A DNA stretch of 64,000 nt. Origin: Octopus sinensis (taxonomy: Eukaryota). A program made the position numbers and the translations under genes. The notes beneath the pieces are model-generated. The model saw only the letters and a program-made list of their open reading frames with translations, ran no database searches and was not told the origin of the DNA. The stretch lies in NCBI RefSeq assembly GCF_006345805.1, contig NC_042998.1, positions 23,994,001 through 24,058,000 of the forward strand, given 5' to 3'. Positions 1 to 13,954 of this stretch are shown in pieces (position 1 is the first letter of the stretch; each line of letters opens with the position of its first letter).

Positions 1-37
1 TCTGTCTGTCTCCCCTTCTCTCTCCCTTCCGTCATCT

Positions 38-90
<53 letters not shown>

Positions 91-258
91 CTTCGTCGGA
101 TAAATGTAAATAATAACTATGGTAGTGATTGTGAAAGTTTATGAATGAAATGCAATGAGGGGGAAATGAGGATGAAACGAAGGAAGACAGATGAAATTTA
201 TGAAAGGAAGAATAATAAGAATAATAATTTCTTCATTTTGGTACAAAGCAGCATCGAA

Positions 259-305
<47 letters not shown>

Positions 306-419
306 TAGTAGTCTTTCCTTTATTATTGGTATATTCAGGACCATGTCATTCATGTAATAAAACGGAATTGGATAAAACCATTGTACGAAACACATACACA
401 CATTAAAAATAAGCTGCAA

Positions 420-466
<47 letters not shown>

Positions 467-505
467 ATATGTGTGTGCATGTAAACCCTAACCCTACTTA
501 TATAT

Positions 506-562
<57 letters not shown>

Positions 563-714
563 GATAGATAGATAGATAGATATGAATTACCGGCGAAGGC
601 CGTTTATAGGGCTACTCTTGCTTTCTAACCCTATAAACCGGCTTTCACTAGTAATAAATATAGACTGCTCCATTTCTTAGAGTGCTTCTCTGGATTTATG
701 TTTTTCTATAAAAA

Positions 715-754
<40 letters not shown>

Positions 755-770
755 AATATACATGAATACA

Positions 771-802
<32 letters not shown>

Positions 803-1726
803 CACACACGATGTTGTTGCTATTCCTGTTTACAAAAATGAATGAAAGAAATTATCAATATTATTATTACGAGATGATGATGATGATGATGTCGTCGTTG
901 CCGGTTTATAATTTATTTTTGTTAAAATCGGAAGAATGAAATAAAAGTGCAAATCGTCTCGGGTTTTTGGAATCGAAACTTATTTCAGTTTAAAAAAAAA
1001 CCCCAAAAAAACAACAAAAATTGAAAAATCTATTTATGCTTTGATTTAATTTATTTTTTCATTAAATTATTCAGAGATGTTAACGAGGATCATGAAATAA
1101 AAAAAAATAATTTAAATTTAAATTGCAGAAACAAATAATAAAGAAAAAAGGAGATGAAAAAAAAAACAAACAAACAAACAAAAAGCGCAAAATTGAAATG
1201 AAGAAAAAAGAAAGGAAATAAAGGAAAAAAGACAAAAAAAAACCCCCCGAAAAAAAAATGGAAGTCTAAAGATAAAAATAAATAAAAGAAAATGAAGGAA
1301 AAATAAGAGATGATGATAATGGTGGTTGTGGTGATGATGATGTTGGTAGCAGTGATGATGATGATGTTGTTTTAGCCTCAAGTCATCATTCTTGAACCAA
1401 CAGTTTTATAATCAAAGGTTTTCTACCGTCACAAACCCCCATGTATTTTTGTTTTTGTTTTTGTTGTATAAGAAGGGCTGGTTTTACATTTGTCACCTTC
1501 TTCCTTCCTGCCTTTCTTTCTTTCATCCCCTCTGCCTTTTTTCTTTGATTTTTTTTTTCCTTTTCTTTGATTTTTTTTTTTTTTTTGTTCTCACGCTCGA
1601 GAAGATGATGGGCGATGATTTTCGTGGAAATTCGGCTGCATTTTTTTTTTTCGTAGGTTGATTGAACAAAGCGAAACGACTGCACTGCACTAGACGCCGC
1701 TTAAATGTGATGAAAGATAAGTAAAA

Positions 1727-2085
1727 TGATGGAAGAAGAAGAAGAAGAAGAAGAAGAAGAAGAAGAAGAAGAAGAAGAAGAAGAAGAAGAAAAAGAAAAA
1801 GAAAAAGAAGACGAAGAAGAAGAAGAAGAAGAAGAAGAAAAGAAGAAGAAGAAGAAGAAAAAGAAGAAGAAGATGAAAAAGAAGAAGAAGATGAAAAAGA
1901 AGAAGAAGAAGAAGAAGAAGAAGAAGAAGAAGAAGAAGAAGAAGAAGAAGAGAAGAAGAGAAGAAGAAGAAGAAGAAGAAGAAGACGGCGGTGGTCAGAA
2001 TGATGGTGATGATGATGATGATGTAATAAAGATGATAATGATGACGACGATGATGATGATAATGATGATGTTAATGATGATGAAG
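1727..2085 (+). repeat. (GAA)n then (GAT)n trinucleotide array
   Basis: Direct reading; explains the poly-E/K and poly-S/L ORFs in the track. Confidence 0.97.
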
Positions 2086-2310
2086 TCAACGCAGCCAGAG
2101 AACTACTTCGAAACGGAAAAGGTACAGAAAAAGAAAAAAGAAAAATAAGTAAATAGAAATAGCACAAGGTTGCAAGCATGTCGTGTTTGACAAAGTCGAA
2201 ACGTGCAGTTTTTGAATTTTGAAATTGGAATTTCGTCTATTTAAGCAAATCATGTCTGCTACTGAATAAGACACAGTAACAACTCTAATTGTTGTTGCTT
2301 GTTTTACCAC

Positions 2311-2380
2311 ATGCCTGCTCTGATCGAACAGACATACCAGATCAAAGAGGCATACCAACCCAGCCGTGGAATTCGCATTG
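2311..2380 (+). CDS. Candidate first coding exon of an unidentified gene (MPALIEQTYQIKEAYQPSRGIRI + phase-1 G)
   Basis: ATG at 2311 in repeat-free sequence, 70 nt, then a weak donor G|GTAGCT. Phase-compatible with the exon candidate at 16840. No recognised homology. Confidence 0.25.
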
Positions 2381-2568
2381 GTAGCTTATATATATATTTA
2401 TGTATTTTTTCCTTTAGACATGGTGTATCTATCTATCAAGGGCCTATGTTATTCTCATCTTAACAGAAAACCCCTTCTTTCTAATGCGACTTCACGAAAG
2501 AAAAGTAGATTGTAACGATGTGATTTGCTTTTGTGCTTCTGAAGCGAGTACAAAATACTACAACAAAC

Positions 2569-2625
2569 CAACGTTTTTGGCTCCTTAACAACTGCGGTTT
2601 CGTTTTTCAGGTCGTCGTCGGTCAT
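2569..2625 (-). CDS. Alternative candidate short first exon on the minus strand (MTDDDLKNETAVVKEPKTL)
   Basis: ATG at 2625, 19 codons, then a possible donor TTG|GTTTGT; lies next to a CpG-rich patch at 2680-2750. Confidence 0.15.
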
Positions 2626-2785
2626 CCAACAAGAATGTGTTTGTATTGAGAATTGAAACAGTTGAAAACAGCCACACGTAACATGCTCGCTGACGCACAC
2701 GCACGCACACGAACGCGCGCATCTAGACACGCTTGCAAGATGCGCGCACATGCATTTACTTTACATAATATTCGCATGTCATAAT

Positions 2786-2788
<3 letters not shown>

Positions 2789-2830
<42 letters not shown>

Positions 2831-2839
2831 ATATATATA

Positions 2840-2883
<44 letters not shown>

Positions 2884-2932
2884 TTATATATATTTATGTT
2901 TTTATATATATTTATATTTTTATATATATATT

Positions 2933-2969
<37 letters not shown>

Positions 2970-3226
2970 CATATATATTTATATTTTATATATACATATA
3001 TATTTATATTTTATATATATATTATATATATATATATATATATAATATATATATATATATTTATATTTTATATATATATATTTATATATATATTATATTA
3101 TATATATATGTGTGTGCGTATATATATATATATATATATATTGTATGTCTTGCAAAGTCATACAATATACATATATACATATATTTATAAATATATATAT
3201 AAATATACACATATACACACACACAC
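2789..3226. repeat. Degenerate (TA)n/(TG)n microsatellite block
   Basis: Direct reading. Confidence 0.97.
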
Positions 3227-3766
3227 ATTATTGTTATGTATTTAGAAGTCAGAAAAAACCCCAAAAAAACTATGTATTTGCTTATTCCCAATAATTCGTA
3301 AATTTTTCAATCCAATACATAACGCATTGAGATGAAAGGCAGAATTAAAGGCCTGCATGTTTTTAGTAAACAAACATTTTCAGCCTCGTTATGAAAGGTG
3401 TAATAATAATATACAACGTTCAGACCACATGTCATTCACGCTGTACCCCAGAAGCGGGGGATCAAAGCTGTCTCTTTTACTGTTTTATTTTATTTTATTT
3501 TAGTTCAGTTTAGTTTAGTTTAGTTTTTACTGCCGGTCTAATCGCACTGTGGTTTGTATAATTGGTAACCGATCTCTGCTGTGAAAATAAAGTAAAATAA
3601 AATAAAATAGAAAATAGCGCTGAATCAAGAGCAGGCCTCAGTTAGTGCTCAGACATTTCGTAAATCTATCCTACACGTTTATTTATCCAAAGATACTATG
3701 TAGTACTTATATTAATAAATATATATCTATATCTATATCTACATCGTTCGTCGTATGTATTTACTA

Positions 3767-4476
<710 letters not shown>

Positions 4477-4718
4477 ATAAATGTGTGCGTGTGTGTCAGC
4501 GCACTGAATAGTTTGTAGTTTGAATAGGAAAGTAAAACAAACGGCGAAGGAAGAAGAAAAATTGAGAAAGAGGAATAAAGATAAGCTTTATATTAAATTA
4601 ATAAAGTCGATGTGAAAGCCAAGAAGAGAGAAAGGTAAACACGGGTGAGGTTAAGGTGAAAACAGGAAAGAGTGAGAGAGAGAGAGAGAGAGAGAAGTGC
4701 AAGTGAATGAGAAATATT

Positions 4719-4872
4719 TATTTCTTTATTACCTACAGGGGGTTAAACGTAAAGGGGACAAATAAGGACAGATAAAGGGATTAAGTCGATTACATCGACC
4801 CCAGTGCGCAACTGGTACTTATTTAATCGACCCCGAAAAGATGAAAGGCAAAGTCGACCTCGGTGGAGAATT
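4719..4872 (-). mobile_element. tRNA-derived SINE family 1 (Meta/MESC-like central domain), 3' part
   Basis: Reverse complement of GACTTTGCCTTTCATC...GGGGTCGATTAAATAAGTACCAG, matching the full copies elsewhere in the window. Confidence 0.85.
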
Positions 4873-7820
4873 TGTTTGTTTACGTATGTGTTTATATATT
4901 TTACGTGAGAACAAAGAACGAAAAAGTGAAAATGAAAAACATGAAGGATACAAGAAAAAGAGGATGGAAATTTTGAATAAATAAAGAGAACGGGAAAGAT
5001 GCGGTGGTCGAAATGCCTGAGAAGTACAAGAAAGACAGATAGACGACAGAGAAAAACAGGATTATATAGAATGTAAATATCAATGACTACGAGAGAGAAT
5101 GTAAGAAAAAGTGGGGAAAAAGTGTGGAATGAGAAAGTACATAAACAAGAAGGATATAAGTGGTGAAAGTATTAACTGGAAACAGTAAAAGAGAATAAAA
5201 ATAATGATGAGAGAAGAAATTAAAATCCAGTTCTAAACACTGATTACTTTCAGTGAAGAGCGAGAGAGAGAGAGAAAAAAAGAAAATGGTAAGGATGAAA
5301 AATAAGCATTGACTATATATCAAGGCGACTTGCCATTATGGTGTGTCTGTGTGTTAGCTCCACGGATAATACTTGTGTGTAGATTTATACATTTACAGCT
5401 GAAGTGACTGCCGGTCTTAATACCGACCCAGGAGGGCCCCCCCCCCCCGTTTCGATTCCAGGTTATAGTCGTTGTTTGGTCCCGGATCAAGCCTTCATCG
5501 AGCAAGACTTATGGTCTGAAGAGTTCCAGCCATGACCATCTCGTTTGTTTTTTTTTGTTTTTGTGTAACCAGGACTTACTACTTTGTGTAATGCATGACT
5601 CGTAGGTTCTCGGTTTGTTCTAGACATTTTCCTTGGTTCGAAAGTTAGTAATGCTGTTGTTATTGTTGTTGTAATTGTTATGTTTGTAGTTATTCAGTCG
5701 CAAGTCCACCTCGACCGTATAAGCCTTCGGTGAAAAGTGTTCTTGTCATGACCATCCTATATTTTTCCGTAAATTTCTACAAGCACCTGTAAAAATTTAC
5801 CTATCTTTTTGGTATGTATATCCAACGCTACGTTGTCAAATGTATCAATCATTAAATGTATACATTTAAACACACACACACGACTGTATATGTACGGACG
5901 TAAAGTGCAGGAGCAAAATTGCACAGAGGGTGCAAACACAGTTTTTCAGGAGGACGTTCAAAGCATTTTCATCGCCCCCACTACACACACACACACACAT
6001 ACACTAGAAGAAATTTAGGGAGTGTAACCATACCCCTTGCATCCCCTGTTCCAGAACCTAAGTGTAATTTATACAGCAGGGTGTAGTTTGGTTGGAGATT
6101 CAATTGGTGTTTCTTGCAGGTTGATAGAATACGTGGAGATTTCTCGACGTTTGAACGTAGATTGCTTGTTTGCAAACCAACAACCTTTTCCCGATGTTAA
6201 TAATGAATGTGGAAACAAACAATAAGCAGTATTAAACCTTAAATTGTACATAACCATTATTAGTTTAAATTACAACCGTTATTAATTTCGAGCTTTCGTT
6301 AATTTAATACCCGTTTCTTCTATTATTAAGAAATGTTGCTAACTTATACTTCCTTATTTAATAATTCTGTTCAAAAGCAAAACAAACACGTTGTTAGGTC
6401 GACCTGTTAGATATAACTGCTAAATTTCCCTCAAACCACACAGCTCTGTCTTAAGAAAAAAAAAAAAGAAGCCACTTCGGATAATGTGGTACAGAGTTCC
6501 CAACACATTCGAAAAATTCGGGATAGTCACGGATGGAATGTCTCGATCAGGATTGGCATGGAGTCAAACTATATACAATACATACGATAGCTTCTGCACA
6601 GCCACTCGATTTATTGTGACCAAATTCTCTCAAATCTCATCTTGTGAAAAAAGAAAAAAAAAAAGAAGAAAAAGGCTATGTTGGACTAACAGATGGGGAT
6701 GGTCACGGATAGATTGTCAATAATCAATAGGCCTGCTCATTCTATTGACTCGAGTCAAACAACAACACATACGCACACACGCACATACACTGAGACGAAC
6801 ACTGACTTAAGAACCAATGTGTAAAACGTGGTCGCTCAATCTGCTAAAAATAACAGCCAAATTCCCCCTCATAACACCGCTGGCCGTTTAAAAAAGCAAG
6901 AAAACAAAAAGGAAAATACATTGAATAATTGTCTTTGATTTACTCAATCTGAAAGAAAGAAAGAAAAAAAAAAAGCGAGATAGCTATATTCTGAAATTGT
7001 ATATTTTCACATTCGTCGACAGTTCTTCATTTAAGCGTGAATTTTTAAATCTCCCTCTTTTTTTTACTTTCCTATAATGGTTCAAAAAAAAAAAAAAAGA
7101 AAAAACTGTCTTAAGGTTTTTTTTTTTATAATTTATTACATACTCAAAGTCTATCAAATATTAAAAAAAAAAGATTTTCAACACCATAAAAATTACTTTT
7201 AAAATACAACACTGAGATACCTTAAATGTATTTATATAATAATAATTACATATATAAGCATTAATAGCTGTATTAGGTTTCCAAATTGATAAAATTAATG
7301 TGGTATTCGGTAATAAATGTAAGCATTAAGTATTGTACTGTTGCTTTGTCTAAAAATTGAAAATAGTGTTTTAGTTTCTTAAGGGTTAATGTGTAACAGA
7401 TGCTAACGAAATATATTTATAAATGCAAATCAAATGTATTTGTTTCCAAAAATAAAATGTACTTTTATATTCGTAAACATGAAAAGACATTAACAAAAAT
7501 AGAAAGTAGCTTACACAGTTTTTATTTAATAATAATAATAAAAAAAGAAAATTAAGTGGAAAACAAAACCTTTTTAAAGAATAGGGTAATAATGAAAGGG
7601 GCGAAGTTAATAATAAATCCACAATTAAATGTTTGTATTTATTTGATATCTGGACGCAACAATAATAATAACAAAACTGGCCACAATGATATGGTAGAAA
7701 TGATTTTGAAGAGCGTGTTTCCATAGGAGTTAGGTTCGTGCGGGCAAAAGGGAACATGTTCGAAGACTTTATTGAAACTATATAAACAAACATTATCACA
7801 CGCTAGTTACGAAGTGCAGG

Positions 7821-7899
<79 letters not shown>

Positions 7900-8052
7900 A
7901 TTACACGCACACATATATCCGCATATATAAATATATACAGGCATATGCAAATTATATATATATATACGCATACATGAATATATATATAATATATATATAT
8001 ATGTATTTACACTCGTGAACACACCCACCTATATATGTATATACATATACGT

Positions 8053-8091
<39 letters not shown>

Positions 8092-8319
8092 TGTTGATAT
8101 ATATATATATATTTATGTATACACACACACACACATATAACATGTATATACTCATAAATTTAAATGTGTATAAATAACGAAAACATTCTTATGTATATGT
8201 ATATATGAGGATATTATTGTTTATAATTATTAATATATATATATATATATAATTATAAATTTATATAATTATTAACATATGTATATATGCATGTTTGCGT
8301 TTAAATGTATCTATATTGT

Positions 8320-8365
<46 letters not shown>

Positions 8366-9452
8366 TCCTGACAGTAACTTTATTCTTAAGGTGGTGCTCC
8401 AGCATGGCCGCAGTCAAATGACTGAAACAAGTAAAACAATATATATATAAATGCATATAGATGTGTATTTGTGTGTGTTTGTGTGTGTGCGCGCAAACAG
8501 AATTTCACCCAAGTATATTGCTTCTTTCTTCCTTTCCTTATTTTCGTTTCTTTTCATTTTTTTGAATTGATGGTGGTGGGCGTCTTATTATTATTATTAT
8601 TTTTATAAATTCATAGTTTTCTTCCCCACCTTTCATTCAGGCTTGTTCGTTATTATCATTATTATTATTTCTTTTCTTATTCCTTCTCGATATTCTAATC
8701 ACATTTTCGTCAACGATATCGCTACCTCCTTACCACGATGCATTTGTTTATAAATGCCAACACACGCGGTGATCAAAAGCTCGTGCAATCATCTATCTCT
8801 ACCTTCAATTTAAATTCAAATTTATTTTTACTAATAGAAATCATCAATTATTAATAACAATAACATTTACAAACATGTGGTTAGAATTTATTAAAAAAAA
8901 TATTATTTACACACCCAACTTCTGAAGGATAGAAACAATATGAAAAAATATATTTGTAATATAATAACGAACGTTATTATGAACATGAAACCAGAGTATT
9001 TCTAAGTAAAATTGCGTGAATAACATTATAAACTACTGGAGTCTCTATATAGAGACACCTCAGCATGTAAAAAATAGTATAGGGCCCCTAGACATGAGGG
9101 GGTGGTCTCCAGGCAAGTGCTCCTGTGTGAGCATGCCGTAAGGCAATTATAAGCACCTTGCTCGGGTCTCATGTTTTTGACACGGCGATGTAATATTGTA
9201 TTGATATAAATATACACGCATTTGATATGATGGCTAAGACTAACTAGAGAGCTAACAAATAAATGAACCTTTGTATTCACTTAATATATTATAAATATCT
9301 TCGTTGACAATTTTAGAAAAATGTAAACACGTCTGTCAGTGTCAGTTCGCTCATATTTACCTATAGATTCCATATTCATAAGTACTTCGCTCTTTCATTC
9401 TCACTTACACGTTCTCCCGTGCGCGCTCACACAATATTTAAATAAAAAGCAT

Positions 9453-9723
9453 GTATACATACATACATACATACATACATACATACATACATACATACAT
9501 ACATACAACATACATACATACATCATACATACATACATACATACATCATACATACATACATACATACATACATACATACATACATACATACATACAAACA
9601 TACATACATACATACATACATACATACAAACATACATACATACATACATACAAACATACATACATACATACATACATACATACATACATACATACATACA
9701 TACATACGTACGTACGTACATAC
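9453..9723. repeat. (TACA)n microsatellite
   Basis: Direct reading. Confidence 0.97.
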
Positions 9724-9750
9724 ATGTGTGTGCGTGTGTGTGTATACATG

Positions 9751-9976
9751 CAGTATTCCCTCGACTATCGCGGTTGTTACGTTCCAGCCCTCCTCCCCGC
9801 GATAGGTGAATAAAAACTAACCGCGAAGTAGAAACAGTACAGTACTATATATATATATATTTAAAAAATTATTTTTATAATTTGTATATATTTATTCTGT
9901 TATAAATGCAAAACAACACCACGGAAGAATCGATGTAAGCTTAAATAATAAACCGCGATGTGGCGAGCAATTACTA
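9751..9976. mobile_element. Tigger/pogo-like MITE
   Basis: Left end CAGTATTCCCTCGACTATCGCGG; imperfect inverted right end CCGCGATGTGGCGAGCAATTACTA followed by TA. Resembles Tigger-type termini. Confidence 0.65.
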
Positions 9977-10269
9977 TATATGCATGATATATAAATATAA
10001 GAATAAATATAGGTTTATACATCTTTTGTTTATAAATATATACCAATATACATACATATATATATATATATCTTCATACATACATTACACACATATATGA
10101 ATTCACATATTCACAGAAACACACACACGTGTGTGTGCGCGCGAGTTTGTGTGTCTGTGTGTTAGTGAAGACATTCATACATCGCACTTCAGAGAGCGTA
10201 TATTCGCGAATTTTTCGCTGTATATACTCTGTAACTTATTAAGAATTATTGTTAGTCAATAGCTATCTG

Positions 10270-10307
<38 letters not shown>

Positions 10308-10330
10308 CATCTGCTTCTCCCTCTCTCTTT

Positions 10331-10370
<40 letters not shown>

Positions 10371-10442
10371 ATACAGACTTCGAACGAGGGGTGGGGCTAA
10401 ATCATCACAGCGCGTGTGTGTGTGTGCGCGTGGAGTACTTTG

Positions 10443-11310
10443 CCGCTTATACACTAATTTTAATCTTCATTTTGATGAAAAATAAAGAATGATACCTTCA
10501 GAAATGTCCTCCCCACTGACTTTGTAGCTCATAACTTCTAGAAAAATGTATACTTTTTAATGAAATTTTCTACAAATACGCTTCAGATAGTGTAGATTCC
10601 TGTTAAATCGGAATTTGTGGTGAAAAATATCTTTCCGGGGGCGGGTTGAGGCGTTTCGGAAAATTCACACAAGTCAGTTTGCTTCCTCATAACTTTCAGA
10701 AAAATGGATAATTATTGGGTTGGTGCATAATTATTGCGGCTTTTGTTTCAACAAAAGCAATAACAACATGTAACAAAAACAACTTTAAATGATTATTCCG
10801 GTGCATATTCATCATCTACTTCAATTACTGCTTCCAATTTGCTTGGCAGACGATCAGACCGTCATTTAAAGATGTTTTTGTTAAATTTTGTTATTGTTTT
10901 TGTTGAATAAAATTTGTTAAAAAAAAAAAAGAAAATCCGCAATAATTATGCACCAACTCAATATTTTTTAATGAAATTTTCCACAAATGTCTTTCAGAGT
11001 ATGTAGATTACGATTATACTGGAATTTAACGAGAGGAAAAAAAAATTATAAAGTAAAATAAAAAATAAAAATTGTGGGTTCGCACACATACATTCTGACA
11101 CACACATCACGTATATCTACAAAATGAAATTTCGGAAACAAAAATAGTGATGCGTGTTATTAGCAAGTATGTGTACGAATTCACTAATTTTCCTTTTCGT
11201 ATTAAATATAATAGTATTCTGCTCCATCTGAAGCATATTTGTAGAAAATTTCATTGAAAATTATCCGTTTTTCTGGAAGTTATGAGAAAATAAAGTCAGG
11301 GGAGAGCAGA
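10443..11310. mobile_element. Modular foldback-like non-autonomous DNA element hosting a mariner insertion
   Basis: Module CATAACTT..AGAAAAATG..TAATGAAATTTTC.ACAAAT occurs directly at ~10528 and ~10688 (split by the mariner) and inverted at ~11230-11300. Confidence 0.5.
10715..10961 (-). mobile_element. Internally deleted mariner (Hsmar1/MADE1-like TIR)
   Basis: 25-bp TIRs TTGGGTTGGTGCATAATTATTGCGG with 1 mismatch; TA on both sides; minus-strand remnant DRLPSKLEAVIEVDDEYAPE* resembles a mariner transposase C-terminus. Confidence 0.92.
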
Positions 11311-12077
11311 GTTTTGTGTAGGTATGTCAAATAAGGTAGATTTTATTAATTAGGTGGCGATCTATCAATGCTTCCCATGCACGGTAACTTCAAAAGAACT
11401 TCCCTGTCATACAATCGCTTTCTCTTAGTCTCTTTCGCTCTCATTACTTCAAAAGTTCCCGCAAGCCCATATGTAAATAAAAAAAAAAATTTTTACGGAA
11501 ATCGACGGAAAGGTCTACTAGAGACGAAAGATTGCCAATTAGATTTTACGGTAATGACGAAAAGTATAAGCGAAGAGAAAAATAAAAGGGAGAATCCAGA
11601 ATTTACCTGGACAACGGATACACGTACACATACACACATACACATACACACAGAGACACAGACACACGCGCAAAAACTCATTTCAAATTTTGTTTTTCTT
11701 TGTTTGCTATTTTTGCAACTCAAACGTGTCGCTTGTTAAACACACACATAATACAACAACATGCACCATAATAAACTCGGTGTTATTTCACTGTGACAAA
11801 TGTTTTCGGTGCTACAATATCGGAAACCCCCTAGCAACAGCAACAAACAGCAACCAGCAGCCACGTGTAAGGAGGAGGAGGATTACCAAGTAGCAGCAGG
11901 AGGAGAAAAAGTAGGAGTAGTAGTAGGAGGTGGAGTAGGATTAGCAAGCAGGGAGACACGATACGGTCGTTCGTTACTGCTGCTAGAAATAGCAGGTAAA
12001 ATCTCTCCCCTCTCAAATCACACCTGACTTTTTTTGTCTTAAACAGTCAAGTGGCACATTAAACTATATAGTCTCCC

Positions 12078-12309
12078 GGCGAACTGGCAGAAGCGTTAGC
12101 ACGCCGGGCGAAATGCTTTGCAGTATGTATTTCGTCTGCCGTTTACGTTGTGAGTTCAAATTCCGCCGAGGTCGACTTTGCCTTTCATCCTTTCGGGGTC
12201 GATAAATTAAGTACCAGTTACGCACTAGGGTCGATGTAATCGACTTAATCCCTTTGTCTGTCCTTGTTTGTCCCCTCTATATTTAGCCCCTTGTGGGTAA
12301 TAAAGAAAT
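12078..12309 (+). mobile_element. SINE family 1, near full length
   Basis: tRNA-like head with B-box GAGTTCAAATTCC, central domain, and tail ending AAAGAAATA. Confidence 0.9.
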
Positions 12310-12394
12310 ATAAAACAGTACGCCCATGGCAGCAACACCTTTAATCATATTTTCTTTTGGTTTTTTTTTCTCGGTCGAGGTTTACTTAACAAGA

Positions 12395-12750
12395 GGCGTG
12401 GCTTTTGGTAAGAAGTTTGCTTCCCAACCAAATGGTTCCGGGTTCAGTCCTACTGCGTGGCACCTTGCGCAGGTGTCTTCTACTATAGCCTCGGGCCGAC
12501 CAAAGCCTCGTGAATGGATTTGGTCGACGGAAACTGAAAGAAGCTGTGACCGCGTGTGTACCGTTGGCGATTTTTTCCCCTCTGTCTTCCTTTCTCTGGA
12601 TCTTTCCTTCTCCTATGTTTCCGACGAAGAGCTCCGCTCGAAACGTTAAACCCTCCTTCTTTCCTTCTTTCCTGAGCGTCCAATATTACTATATTTGTTC
12701 CACGTCCTCGCGTTGTTGTGTTTTCTCTTTGTGTTTTCATGTTTGGATTA

Positions 12751-12812
<62 letters not shown>

Positions 12813-13150
12813 TACACACACACATATATGTATATGCGTGTGTGTGTGTGAGTCACTAGTGTAGCTAGTGGGTGGCGGTCCGCCTCGGGCGGTACATACT
12901 CTAGCTATGCTAGTGGTATGAGTGTGTCTGTGTGTGTGTGTCCGTGTCTTTATGTAGGTATTTGTTCTCTGTCACTGCTTGACAACCTTTGTTGCTGTGT
13001 TTACGTCCCTGCAACTTAGCGGTTCAGTAAAACATACTGACAGAATAAGTAGTAGGCTTTAAAAAGTTTTGGAGTGATTCATTTGACTAAAAGTTCTTCA
13101 GAGTGGTGCCCCAGCATGGACGCAGTCTACTGAATGAAACGAATAAAAGA
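12395..13150 (+). mobile_element. SINE family 2 (tRNA head plus CORE-like CCTTGGGCAAGT) interrupted by a PLE-like tail and microsatellites
   Basis: 5' half 12395-12545 and 3' half ~12915-13150 match intact family 2 copies such as 51331-51738. Confidence 0.8.
12617..12651 (+). ncRNA. Minimal hammerhead-like motif, U4C core variant
   Basis: GTTT-CCGACGA-A-GAGC(TCC)GCTC-GAA-ACGT-T-AAAC: helix I 4 bp, helix II 4 bp, palindromic helix III. Confidence 0.6.
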
Positions 13151-13954
13151 AAAAGAAAAGGAAAGAAAGTAAGAAGCTTTCTGTAGAGGAATATCTGCCT
13201 AGATAGCTCACGACGGGAAATGATGGAATGGTCACGGCTAGAAAGCCTTTTCCTTCATAGGTCTGCTTGATCAATAACAGATAACTTCAATGTGGTCGCT
13301 CGACCTGGTAAAAATACTGGCTAGCTCTCCCTCATATCACATTCTACCATCGCACAATATAGTACCAGGTCTCAAACTGATGGGACGGTCACGTCTAGAA
13401 CGACGATTATCTTAAGTTTAATCCAGAAGCGTGTCAAGGGTCATGACGCAGAAGGTGGAGCTGTGAGGCGGCGCAAACTGCTTCTTATCATGATTGCCAA
13501 TTAAAGTGGAAAAGTGGCGAGTTGGCAGAATCGAAAAAAATGCATTGAGGTATTTTTCCGGCCCTTTATGAGCCCAGCATATCTGAGTTCAGATCCTATT
13601 GAAATCAACTTTATTTTTCACCCTTTCGGGATCGATAATATTGAATGCCTGTGCCGTATCCGGGTTCATGATATCGACCCCAAACGTTTGCAGGCCTTGT
13701 GCTTAAATAAGAAACCATCATAATTGTTAAATAAGATGGGGGCGCTCGAAATTGTCTTCTAACCTCCTCCATCCCAGGGTTTTTATGGGTAGCGATGAGA
13801 GCCCTTGCTATACCATTGCTCTAGTCTCGATCACAGTTGAAAAGGGGCGAAACAATAACAACAGTAACCAGTAACCTCCATGGGCTTTAAGGCAGCATTG
13901 TGTCCATATTCTGCACACCTTTTTTACTCTTTGATTTAAATTTCAAGCACATTA

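Noticed and set aside
2311-2353. pre-miRNA hairpin
   Set aside because: Only ~13 bp of stem with a bulge and a mismatch; too short.
11823-11837. Full RFX X-box
   Set aside because: Only the right half (CCTAGCAAC) matches.
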